From assembly GCA_973895155.1 (NCBI GenBank), contig OZ316897.1:6027327-6091326 (forward strand): DNA of 64,000 bases, read 5' to 3'. The notes below the pieces were generated by a model, which ran no database searches, was not told where the DNA came from, and saw nothing but the letters and a program-made list of their open reading frames with translations. Source of the DNA: Marsupella aquatica. Lineage: Eukaryota; Plantae; Marchantiophyta. Position 1 is the stretch's first letter. The number at the start of each line of letters is the position of its first letter. The position numbers and the translations under genes were made by a program. Shown one piece after another: positions 12,723 to 25,605 of this stretch.

Positions 12723-15700
12723 TTATGGATCCTCTATGAACTTGCTTGGCCATAATACCAAAGAACTTGCAGCATCTCCAAGTGCCTTTTGAGGAGGATC
12801 ATCATTTGTGTTTGGAATGGGAAGGACAGCTTTAGGTTTCACTAGTAATGTGACTAACACTACTAAATAACCTGGGGGAATCCTCTTGCCATATATGGAA
12901 CGTTGTGGAACCAACCTGCACTCTGCCAAATCCTACTTGTGTTCCACTCTCATCAACAACTAACACGGCACTTTGTCCCTCAGTATTAGGTGCTTTCCCC
13001 ACTTCCACCTTAGATCTTTCTGCCAACACCGTTCTGGGAGGTTTGTATGAAACCTTTGACGTGGCTCTGCTCCCACCAGCAGACTTGCTTTGTGTGCGCA
13101 TGCTTCCTCTCTTCACAGTAGTGAAGCTAGGCTCAGTAGGTTCCTCTGTTAGGATTGTCATAGTAGCAGGTTCATCACCTGGGAGTGTCATACCAACTAA
13201 CTCTTTGATTGGTTTTATCTCAACAAGAGGCACACCTGTAATTGAGAATGATACATTCTACAAATCATTTATCTCTGCAATGGAGTCAAGATCTACATAG
13301 CATGAATCTGGCTCAATGGTATCATTGTCATGCTTGCTGATATCCTCATTTTCCCCAACATTGATATCATCCACTCCCTTGCCAATGTCATCCTCATCCA
13401 AACATGGTTGATTGCCCTTTGTCAAACAAGTTGCTTGTACAGACTGCAACTTTGTTGCCTCTAAATTACAGCGAGTATTTGCCAGGTTCTCATACTTCTT
13501 CTCTGCAACACCTGTCTTATTCTCTATGGACACAACAACCACAATATATGTTACTGAAAATAACACATTCAACAAACAATGTCAATTCAAACTATACATT
13601 TACTAATCATATCCCACACAGTTGTAAAGGCCTTACCTTCAAGCCTACATGTCGTTGGCATGCCAGAAGAGTGCATCGACTTTGCCACCTCAAGTGGTGA
13701 TGGTGGAACTCCTGCAGAATTGGAATCAATTTTATCTCTCACCGACACAACAGCTTCCATTAATGTCTTGAAGTTCACATGGAACAAGTCAGTCAATGAA
13801 TTCAAATGTTCATTGATCTCTGGAAGACATGTTTCGACAGCCTTCAAACGACCACTTATCTTTGTAAGTGAAGATCCAACTCCCTACATGACACAGGGGT
13901 ATAGGTTCAATCACTCCATATGAAATGTTGGGCAATATATGCACAATCAATGTTATATATAGTGTACACCTGAAATTCAACGCAGGTCATTCAATTACCA
14001 ATCAGAACTCATATAACTTACATGCTTGGAGGATTCAGATGCACCCTCTTGAGCCCGGGTGTTCACAATTTCAGCCCTCAACTCTTCTTTTGAAGGGCTT
14101 TGCCCCAATTGGGCTTTCTGCACATGAATGGCAAACACAAGTTATCATTATTATTCAGGGAACATACACTAAAAAACAAAGTTTACATGTATGGGTTTAC
14201 ACTAAAAAACAGTACATAGTGTAGCGGACATAGCTAGGCCATTGATTCTTACCAAACATTTTGCTGTCAGTGCAGTGCCGGTCCTTCCTGTCAGATTAGG
14301 GTTCTGAACACTCAACCTGGCCTCGGTCATTTGTGAACCCTTCTTTTTCGAAACATCTGTTACAAAATAAGCTACTAACCTTGCCCACACTTTATCATCA
14401 CAACTGGCTGGTGGAGGCATATCTGGCTTCTCCCCACCTTCCTTCCAAGCCTTATGCATTCTCCACCTCTCTTGCTTTATGATTTTACCTGCTGTACTCT
14501 CTAGGTAACCTATGTCCACGCCATCACCACTGCCCACATAATTCCATTTGGCAGCAACATTTTCACATACAGTCTTCCAATCTTTTGGATGTTGTTTTTT
14601 AAAATGAATAACACTCACATCTAACCAACGCAATACTTCAGCTTTCAAATCAGCATGCCATCGGTTCTTACAAGGACACTCAGCATCCACCCATTGTCTC
14701 TCATTCAACTTTACGTTCCCTTTCTTTGTCACCTCCCCTCATGCACTTCTCTCAGTAGTACTGGGCGTTGTATTGGGCACCCCTTCATTCACCCTACCTG
14801 GGTTTCTGAAGCCACCTGGGAAAATACAATGCCATTCATGCTTGAGAACTACATACAGTAGAATGGATGATGGCAACATTCAATGCTTCACTTCAAGAAA
14901 AATTCTTCAAACATACATACATGTAGCTCTACCTGTAGATGCCTGTGTAGGGACTGCACTCTGGAATTGTTGTGACCCTGGACCGCCTGTCCAGCCTAGT
15001 ATAGGGGCCGGATGATGTCACTTTCTAGGTATGTGTGTGCAAACATATGTACTGAAAACTAAGTACAAACTATAGGAAAACATATGAACATTCACCAACA
15101 TACTTGGCCCCCTTCCGTGCTGCATCTGCATAGGGGCATTAGTGAATACTTGAGTCGATGGTTCGACTGTCCAACCTGCACACATACATTTTCTATTATT
15201 ATACATGTGCAGAATCCCCCCCACGTCAATGGACTCCACATATAATGGGTTCTTCCATTGCTGACAAGATCAGACATTACCTGCCCCTCTTCCAGCGTTT
15301 GTAGGTATTGTATTTTGAAATCCCTGCCAATTACCTTCACCACCTTCCCAACCTTGTTCATTCCACGACCCACCACCATCCTCCCAACCTGGTTCAACCC
15401 ATGTTTGTCCTTGTGGACATTGGAATCAATCATTACCAACATTTGCCCAATCAGGTTGGGTAGAATCTGCATGCGATGCAGGTGGACAGAATTTCATGTT
15501 GTCTGAATCCAATACATCCCAAACAATGTCAAAAATTGATATGTAGTCTAAAATTCAGGAGTGCCATGCCTTCACAAATAACTGGCATATAGATATATAC
15601 TCACATCCCCATGGTTGAGGTGGACGTCCATACCCACGAGACTGTGGGTTTGGACCTGCTCTGCCTCTACCACGGGCATAACCTAGAGCTTGCCCCCTGC

Positions 15701-16430
15701 CATAGTATTGGGCACCAGCCTGGTATCTACCACTACTACCACCTTGTCAACCTTGATCAGAGGTCAGCCCCCCTGCTGGTATGGTGCATGCACAGGCTTT
15801 GCAGGCAAAACAGAACTGGCAGGACGCTGCATCACATCACCAACTACAATGTCGGGAACTAAGCAAGGTACATAGGGTGTAGTATTGAACATATGAAACC
15901 TCTCAACAAGAGTTTTTAACTCTAAACCTAGCTTGTTGGGAAAACTACTTACCTGTTTCTTTTGGGGCTGCTTTGCATGTATTCATCTTCATAACCCCCA
16001 TCCTCATCCATTTCCTCTGGAAAATACTCATCATCTGCATCTTCTTGTCTAGTGTCTGCACCCACTTGCGCAGCATCCATGTTATCTCCATATTCTGCCA
16101 TTGTAGGTACGACCTTCTTGCTCAACCTGTCACTCCGGCGCACAGGCCCAGAGATAGTGCTGGTCACCCTTCTTGCGTACTCCTTTTGTTTCTTTGAAAA
16201 ACCTGCTGCTCTGCAACATTCCAATATGAGAATACAGTCACAATTACAGTGCCACATTGAACTATTCATGTCACACAAACTCAGCGGAGGGGTGTAGTTG
16301 AGAATCGTTCCCTTACAATTCAGCCACATCCTTTTCCAGATCCAGTTCTGCAATTTTGGCTTTCACGTATGCTCGTTGTTCCATAGCTTTCCTTTCATAC
16401 TCACACATCTCTGTGTCACTCTGTTCCATC
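12723..16430 (-). pseudogene. CACTA second gene (TnpA-like), multi-exon
   Basis: Exon-sized frames at 15949-16430, 14202-14732 (QERWRMHKAW...PPPASCDDKVWARLVAYF) and 12723-13233 (GKRIPPGYLVVLVT...LPIPNTNDDPPQ...LVLWP). They lie downstream of the transposase on the same strand with GT-AG borders. Confidence 0.65.
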
Positions 16431-16581
16431 CTACTAGACCACAAAAACATGTCATCTATGGTCACCCCGTATAACACAATGCAACCACAATCACCAGGCA
16501 TCCATCCATACATCTGTGTTGCTTCAAAATTACTTTATTACACATCCCCTCACTATTGTCCATGCAAACAATTCACATTAC

Positions 16582-19500
16582 TCATGGCACAGGCACACTG
16601 TTGGTATCTGCATCTCTAAATTTGCCTCCTTCAGCAAATGCATCTACCCTTGTCACGAGAATGAAGTCCCCGCTATCATGAACTACAGGCACTTGGTCTG
16701 AATGCCGATGATCAAAGGCACTATGAGAGTGTAAATGAAACTCAAGGTTTGATCCTTCCATCTGACGTTGCCTGGCCTGTTTATGACACACTACACGCCA
16801 ACCTGGGGAGTCTTCCACATCCAGGAAGAAAGCTTGCTCCACCTGACTGGGAAACACAAATGGCTTAGACCATTCGGGAAATTTCCCTCTGAAATTGGCC
16901 ACCAAGAAACCGTCGTTGTCTCTCTTCATGCCAAGCCCTATTACCAAGCCAATCCTGCCACACCCATGAACCTTTCATAAGAATCACAGGACTGGACAAT
17001 GCCCCATAGTCCAGACCCCATATGTCAACTAATTCTCCCACATATCCCATCTCCATCCAGGCCCTGTCGTGATTGTGGCTTTGTTGCTCAAATACAGTGA
17101 GCCCACAGTCATTTGTCACCCTATAGGCACTGTCACCATCCTTCACTCGAAAGTGATTCCCATATGCTCTCATCCGTTTGTAAGTCTTCACTTTCAGGCT
17201 AGGGGCATTAGACAGTAGATAAACGTCTGCATCCATGTCTGGGTGGGTCTTGTGATGCTCTCTAATTGCCACTCTAATCCATTCCATGAAACCTGGAAAA
17301 GTTGTTCCTGCAGTGGGATGGGCCACCTTCAATGACTCATACTCCCTGAACAAACAACCACACAGCATTAGCTTGGGTAAATATGAACAGGCTGAAGGAG
17401 AAAATCACACGCACACAACATTTAAGCTCATGAACTGGATTATAGCACATGTATGCACTCACTGTATCCAGGGTTCCATCACCACAGTGTTGTGCATGTC
17501 AAACACTTGTCAAGGAGCTTAAGCAACTTTTCTCCCCAAAAGACTACCTAATACCTGCTCCATATCATACCAGGGTCACAAAGGATTGACAAAACTTATG
17601 TATGTGTCTACAATGTCTATCACTCCATACATAAGTAGTTTCAACTCTCCACTTCTAGAGAGGTAGTCCCCTTGACTACTTTTGTACTCACACCCTTCCC
17701 CTCTCCTCTACTCCAAGGATCAGCAAGGGGGATCTTCGCTCCAAGCTGTCACCTTAGAGTAGATTCTCACACACACCCAAGAACCAAAGTACTTTCCTCT
17801 TCAAACTTAAGTTTCCTCAAGACCCTAAAAGTAGTGTTACCTCTCAACCTTGCCCCCCCTGGCCTTGGTTTGGGTCCACACATCCCCTTTGAGCTCTAGA
17901 GAAGGCTCCTCTATCTAAGGACTCTTCCTCTTGTTCTTACTTCTTGTTAACACCACACACCAAGCAAAATACTTTCCACCCTCAAGCTATTAATAATCCT
18001 TTCTAAGTCTCAAAGTAGTGGTCTACCTTAACCTTGCCTCCTTGGCCTTGGTTTTGTACTAGCACATCCCCTTCAAGCTTAGACCAAGATTACATCATAG
18101 CATGGACTCTTCTCTTGCTCTCATATACTTCAAATGCACTCACACTTAATGGTTACAATGAAGATTGGCAAGTCTTCTTTTATTGCATCACTTTTACAAC
18201 AAAAGTTCACTACACATTCTCCACACTAAGCATGGACCACCTCTCCCTTCTCAAGCTTAGCCCTACCTTGGCAAGGTAGAGATTCCACTTAAGAGATGAG
18301 ACTCCCGGTCCCTAACAAATGAAAACTTACTCCTTATATACTATTCTCCTTCCACACCACACCAAGCTTGACCTGGGGTCCAACTACTCCTCCCCCAAGT
18401 CCTCCTAACACACAAAGTCCAACTCTATAGTTCGTAGTCCACCCTACAACCTATTGTTTGGACTATAACCAAGCCCTGGAATATGCCACACATGAGTTGC
18501 ATGCTTTGACCTCCAAACCTGCTCTCACTTATGGTCCTCCTCACCAGCTTCCCAACCCACTTGAAATCTCGCAAAAAGAGTGAGTGAGTCTCAAGTTGTG
18601 CCTATTCAGAGATGGCCTTATTTTACTTGTAAACCCCTTTAGTACCCTAAGTAAACTACCCCCTATACTTACTTTTCTTAACATGATGGCCTTACACCTT
18701 TGACCAAAGGTAAGTGCCCTTCCCTAGAGCCTAACTAAATTAGTATGGATGCAAGAAAGGTCAGCCTTTAAATCTGGTAGTCATTCCCCTATGCCGACTT
18801 TGGTTTGCAAGCTATCGAGACCCCCTCATGGCCTCGGCTAAAAATATATTTGAGTGATTCTTTTTCTGGGTTTCCACCTTTACCAAGGGGTGCCTTACCT
18901 TCCCTTAACTCAGCACAAAAAAAATTGGGCCCCAACGGATACCCCTAGCCAAAGTTATGCCCATTCTCCCAAGGCCTGTTTTTGGTGTAAAGCGGGTGTA
19001 GGCGGCGACTGCAAGGAAGGAATTAAGAGGGCTAGCTGCAAATTGGTGGGCTATGGCTGCTGCAAAATTCTCTGCAATTTTGAATCACTTGCAAGGCTGG
19101 ATGGCTATGGAGGTGGACTGAGAAGGGTGCTGCAAACCTGGTTGAGCTTTAGATTGACCTGCTGCCATTCGAATCCAACAGAGAATGATGCACTTTCAGA
19201 TTAAATGCAAGAGAGAGGAAAATGACTGCGAAAATTGATGTCCTTATCAAATTCTTCATAAGAAACGTGAGTATAATGAGAGTAATCTCCCCTGGTGACA
19301 CCTGGAATCTCCATAAGGGGCGTGTAAGGTAAGGTAAGTGTAATCGGGTCCGTTTGCTACTACATTCAATCAATTTGCTAGCAGCCTAGCTCTATTCTCC
19401 AGCAGCCGGCCATAGCTCACCCTTCTCAACTTCGTAGCTAGCAGAGCAGCAACACTATTGGGATAGAGCTGATTGGAATAGAGCTGCTTGCTATGGAGAA

Positions 19501-21266
19501 TAGAGCTATGGAGAATAGAGCCAACCAATTCTGATCAGCATCCCATGCCTGAAGCTATAGCAGCTAAATTCAATTTCGTAGTTGCCTCTTGATCCCAATT
19601 CGAAGCAAGCATCTCATGTATTGACCCTTATGGTGTTCCTGACCTCGTGCTTGAGTCGCCCCGGCCTCGTGCTTAAGTCGTGGTCGCCGCCGACGCGGTT
19701 GACACTTAGAAAAATTTCGGATTTTGGGAAAACAGTATTTCCAGGCCGTTTTGGACTGCCCCCAAAACTCACACATGAGTCCAAAATGACTTCTGAGTAG
19801 ATCTACAGATTCTCTAGACATAGGAATATGTCCTGGTTTACTAATATCTAAACAAAACATTATCTCCAATTTTCTAAAATTAGGTAAAGTGGGTAAATTA
19901 TTATGTTTTCCAAAATTCTTCTCACCTTTGAGATGCTCCCAAAAATTAACCAAAGATAACCAGCTTCTACCACAAGTTCCCAGGGATAGAGTGGACCATA
20001 TTTAACCCACTTCTAAACTTGGAACTCCTAAATTTACTCATCAGCTATTTTTCTCGGGACCCGCTATTTTGTTAATTTAAGTCACACCAAAACACAAGGA
20101 AACCCTAGGTTGAGACCCCACTTGACATCTGACTGTTTAGGGGTGCTCTAGGGACCTCCTAGCATCTATGGGAAAAATCTGAACCAAAACTAAGACTTCA
20201 AGTGTCGGGTTGTTTCTCCGGCTCGGAATAGTCGCCTCTTCTAAATAAGGACGGAACGTTGTATGCCCCATCATAAAGACCTTTCTTATCCCTTGTCACT
20301 TGCTTAGAACTCAGTAGCCTTCCATTCCACTATCTTTCCTATTCTACCTACTTAAGTTCCTAAAACCTAGTTACTCCGATAGCACTTAAAACGTCTTTCT
20401 TACTCTTCCTTGTTCAAAAAGCAAAAAAAATGACAAGTTTCTTACATAAACCTATATCGAGGCATTCCACAGTGCAATACAAAGTCATGTGCCAAGTCTC
20501 TCATAGATGTGGTCAGGTTCTTTGTGGTTGCAGCCCCTTCCAGTACTTCACCTATCACCCCTTCCTCATTAGAATTCCACACCCTGGTCTTCACATGCTC
20601 ATATTGTGCTATGTATTCGGTCAGAAATCCCAGAGTCTCATCCTTGATGTAACCTTTAGCCATGCTTGCTTCAGGTTTGTAATATGTTCTCACGTGACCT
20701 TTGAGTAGCTTCATGTACCGTTCCAAAGGATACAACCAACGAGCACTCACAGGCCCAAATTGGTGTAGCTCTTCCACAACATGGACAAGTAGGTGGGTCA
20801 TGACATCAAAAAATGTGGGAGGAAAATAAATCTCCAGGTCACACAGCACCTGAGCGACATCTTCTGTCAATTGTGGGAAGTGTGTTTCATCCCAAACCTT
20901 CACACAAATACGACGAAACACATCACTAAGTCGCATGATCACATTACGAACAGGCTTCTGCAACAGGCCCCTCAGACATAAAGGCAACACCTGTTGCATC
21001 AACATATGGTAGTCATGGCTTTTCATACTACCAAGCTTTCTAGTCATGATATGCTTCTTGAAAGCACTGCCATAGTTTGAAGGAACCTTCAAAGAACTCA
21101 ACCTCTGCACAAATAGTTGCCACTCTATGTCTGTCAGAACATAGGGCACTTGGTACTTCAAGAGCACATCAGCTCTGTGGGCATGTGGCCTCAACCAAAG
21201 ATGGGGTTTCATTCCCCTCTGTTCAAGATCCAATCTCACTGAACTAGTGTCTTTCTCTCCACACAA
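16582..21266 (-). pseudogene. CACTA TnpD-like transposase (DUF4218 and DUF4216 regions), interrupted and N-terminally deleted
   Basis: LGSMKSHDYHMLMQQVLP, FPPTFFDVMTHLLVHVVEELHQFGPVSARWLYPLERYMK (20442-21266), YKRMRAYGNHFRV and PFVFPSQVEQAFF (16582-17368) are hallmark CACTA transposase motifs. Confidence 0.9.
17563..20434. mobile_element. Solo-LTR-like non-coding insertion within the CACTA transposase
   Basis: ~2.9 kb block without long ORFs that separates two transposase exons. It starts TATCATAC (TGTCA-like) and ends TGACA. Internal ~120-bp imperfect duplication (~17775 and ~17955) and GAATAGAGCT short repeats (19385-19520). No TSD found. Confidence 0.45.
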
Positions 21267-21591
21267 GAATCTTTTTCTTTTAGGTGGTGGGGTCTGGTTC
21301 GTAACCTTTCACGCTGCCAAAGCTTATTATCATGGCGTGATATCCTTGTGGGATGATGCAAAGGCAGTGCCTGTGCCCTGGGCTGGGTCTGGGGAGGGTG
21401 GTGACCAGGGTGCATTGTAATAGGCTGGGAGCTCTGCAGTCATGGACAGCAGTGAACAAGGATGCCTAATGGTGGTATTTGTGTTCCATATATCCCTGAC
21501 TGTATCTGCCAAAAGAGTTAACATAACGTGTACTAAATTCTCACAAACCCTAAACCACCCCAAAAGAAAAAGCCCTCCCAGACCCCACCAC

Positions 21592-22065
21592 CTAAACTTT
21601 GGTGTCTACACATGTTTGGATCACATGCTCTAGAGGACCACTTGTATCAGTCACCGGTGGTGGGGTTTGGGAGGGTTTAGGGTAAGTAACATCACCAGGC
21701 ACACTGCAGGATGGCAAGTGGTTCCAGATGATACATTGTGCTTTGTGCAAAATTCGGCATCCAAGAGAACGGTCATCCAATTCTGAGCTAGAAGCCCTAC
21801 AGGCAGGACAGTCATATTGGCAACTGTGCACACACCCTTGGCACCTAATTTGTGGCGGGTCATGTACAAGAGACACAAATACCAAGGATGTCGGGAAGGG
21901 GACTGAAGCAGGTAGAGGTCGGCTGTAGTTGTTCCTGGAAACAACAGGGTACTCAAAGTACCATGCAGACTGGGCTGGAAGGATCCCAAGTCTGACATAC
22001 TCAAGGCGCAACATCTCTGCCTTGCGTGCAAGCCGCACATGTTCAGCGTTGCGGGTCCTCACCAT
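21592..22065 (-). CDS. Small Cys-rich ORF inside the CACTA (CxxC..CxxxCxxC)
   Basis: 157-aa ORF starting MVRTR and containing IRCQGCVHSCQYDCPAC. Function unknown. Confidence 0.3.
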   Translation of the reverse strand: MVRTRNAEHVRLARKAEMLRLEYVRLGILPAQSAWYFEYPVVSRNNYSRPLPASVPFPTSLVFVSLVHDPPQIRCQGCVHSCQYDCPACRASSSELDDRSLGCRILHKAQCIIWNHLPSCSVPGDVTYPKPSQTPPPVTDTSGPLEHVIQTCVDTKV

Positions 22066-22640
22066 AAGTGTTGCTTTTGTTGTGATGTCCTCTGTTCACG
22101 TCCTTTGATGAGCAAGGCAAGCAGGAGGTTGACTTGCCTCGCCAACAGCAACCAACCTAAACTAATCAGTTCCCATTCATTGTCTTGGTTCCAACTACAG
22201 GTCATAGTATACACATAGCATGAAACGTGCATAGTACATATTTGATTCTGAGTTTATGAGTTTCCTAAGACGAAGAGCTTGGTGATAAACCCATGATCTC
22301 GATGGACATGTATATCAATCATATTAAGATCCTGTTTTTTCATCCAGAAAGACCGAAAGTCTCACCTTGCAGGTTGCACCAGAGAGAAAATTCACTGGTT
22401 GTCGTGTTGTGCAAGTGAATCTCCACTGATGCCCCCGGTGTAGCCCCTCAGATGCAGGTGACACTTACCAACTCCCAAGTTGCCTGGTCTAACAGAAAAT
22501 GCTTATATCTTCAGAACTTTATAGAGCAAGTACATGATCACATGGCGTTGGCCCTACCAAACGGTACATTCAGAAAGAGACTACAATATTCAGAAAGAGT
22601 CAACTCTACACTTGGTTCATACACATACTTGGATCCAGAA

Positions 22641-22813
22641 GTATCTTTCTCTATTGATGTGAGCTTGTGCATAATGGGAGTTGTAGTTGGCAAGAGTTCT
22701 GGATACTTCTGGATACTTGGATCCAGAAGTATCCACTTCATATTTGGCCTTATGGAACTCTTGCCAACTACAACTCCCATTATGCACAAGCTCACATCAA
22801 CAGAGAAAGATAC
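22641..22813. repeat. Long inverted repeat (59-bp arms, 1 mismatch) with nested 15-bp hairpin
   Basis: 22641-22699 is the reverse complement of 22755-22813. The loop contains TGGATACTTCTGGAT-acttgg-ATCCAGAAGTATCCA (22700-22735). Confidence 0.95.
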
Positions 22814-23263
22814 AGAATGCATACTTACTATGGCTGTAAGCACCTTCACTACCTTGTTGAACCCAGTCCTAAAGTCTTTTCAGTGTGTTGTTGTGTTGTC
22901 TCCTTTGATACCCAACACCTTAGTCCTTGATGTAACAGAATGCGATTTGACAAGTTAGATGCTTTGGAACCTTCTATGGTCTTAGCTGAATTGATGTCAT
23001 CGTAAGTGGTGAAAGACAAGGAAGACGAAAGTTGGTTGAAGAGCTGTGGACAACACACTAGCATGAAGTGCTTTCAACCAATCCACTGCCAAACGGAACT
23101 CTTACATAGTCACATTCTTTCAGTAAACAAAAACTTAGTCAAACTTCATAATCAAAGTACAGACTCTGAAGGACCAAAGGAGGATGTTGTGAGTTTCTCT
23201 CTTGTTTAATGTGTTACCCTTCTAGTTTCGAAGTTAGCAAATGCTGAATAATGTGTCTACCAG

Positions 23264-23592
<329 letters not shown>

Positions 23593-25512
23593 GTAGTGCG
23601 GGTGCAAGTTCCCAATTTTGAAACAATTTGGCTCATTTTATGTCCAGAGGGACTCCTGGAGTTTATGTATTGAGTTTCTAGGTCAAGATGCTTAATATAA
23701 GGAAATTCAATTATCACTTCGTTCCCAACTTCTATTAATTGAATATACACAAGCTGGAAGCAAGAAGACAAGCCACAATCTAGCATCTTAGCCAAACACA
23801 ATTGTCCCGACAAAGCAAAACTCAGCTGTACAGAAGTCACTTGGATCCACAAAAAATTGAAGATTCACCTCCAAACCGGAGGCCGATCACTTCAGTACAG
23901 CAGCTTCTGGACGGAACAAACTCTGCTCAGCCCCACAGAAACACAAATGTTAAGGCTCCAAGTCAGAGCTCACAAACAGAAACTCAGATAAATAACATTC
24001 ACAATCTGTCCAGGTTTGTGCAAAGTGTACATATTCATTCTTCTGGAATGAACACGCAATGTATACATCACCTAGACACAGTCATTATAAATCATTGGGC
24101 AATTGGGGACCACTAAGCAGGTGTGTTCCTATTTCGAGGCTATAGGAAAGGATAGAGTGACACCAAACTCAAGAGTACACCAAAAGAAAAACAGCAAGAA
24201 CCACAGTCAATCATGTGTGGATAAACTGCACATGGGAAGTTCCCTTGAAGAAGCATCAGTTGCTAACATTGTCACCCGAACCACACCCAGTTTATTACCT
24301 CAATGTCTTCAGCCTCAATATCCAATCCTCAGCCCCCTGGTGCTTCCGTGTTTGTTCTGAAAATTTCTGTGATGAAATAATTATTCAATACATTCAATAG
24401 CAAAGAGAACTCAATCACAAAAGAAAAATAGTTAGTGTGAATGCTAATTTCTCAACACTTAACTAAATTCAAACCACCAATTCAAGTTGTAAGTGTCAAA
24501 AACTTGCCTTTACATGAAGAGAAACCAATTGGCCATGCATGTTACTAAAGCAATAAACAAATAATTAGGCTCAACACATAGGCAAACTACTCGAAACATG
24601 CTGCTGAGAAGTAGCATTTTTTGAATGTTAGACTATGTGTAAGTGCCATGATCGTGCTCCTACGTTTCACAAGGAGGGCTGGCCCGAAAGGGAGAAGCAA
24701 CAATGTGGAGTCTATACACGTAGCACAAATCCCAGTTTAGAAGGGTGGATGAAGTTCAGACAAGAGTTCAGAAATTGTCATTTGAGATTGCCAATCTGAA
24801 CTTCACATTCAGATAGGACTTCATCCAGTTCAGGAGTTCAGATAGGAGTTCAGACAATCTGAAGAGGACTTTGGACTTGAATGAGGGACAGCGTGGCCAT
24901 ATAGTTATCCTTGTGGCCTTCAGCTGCGTGTCTCACGCTGAATTTCACTTTCCAGTTTCGAGAGTTGTGAAGGTCTAGTTTTAGTAACTTCCTCCTGACT
25001 CGACTTGGGAGCATTCTCTGTATTTGGTAGCTTGTAGTTAGCTTTGACTCCTGTCAGCTTAGTTGATGACCCTCTTGAGATATTAACAATTAGAACAAAC
25101 ACAAGTTGTCAAGACAGATTCCACCGAAGCAAAAAAGTCCAAAATCAGGTGAAAGAAAACCTAAGGAAAGTCCATAAGAACAAAAGTAGGAAGGCAGGTG
25201 CACGGGCCACCGAGAAAAGTAAAGGATGCATGTGATTAGTGGGGAGGGATCTTAGCAAAAATAGGGGAAAGCAAGGACACTTGCTGCTAAAATCAGCTGA
25301 ACGATTGCACGGTTCCTATAAATTTAGTGGACCTTAAGGTCGTCTATTCACCCCACCGCCAAAGCACGGGGCACAAGGCATGCTCTGATATAGGGAGGAG
25401 CAAAACAGTCATGTCAAGCAAGAAGTGCGAAGAGACCAATCAGTAAGCAAAAATAGGGGAGAACATACATACATCAGCAGCAGCAGGAAACAAGAAAGAT
25501 GATTTCGGGTGG

Positions 25513-25605
25513 CATCTTAGGGTCGGGGACACCATTGCAACACCGGGACTTGGGATATGACTTGTTCTTAATCTGCTCATAGCATCCGGCAGGCCGGCGA
25601 CCCAT
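25513..25605 (-). pseudogene. RPL10: Captured 5' fragment of 60S ribosomal protein L10 (uL16)
   Basis: [30 protein letters not shown] matches plant L10 [30 protein letters not shown]. Similarity stops abruptly after ~30 codons. Confidence 0.9.
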
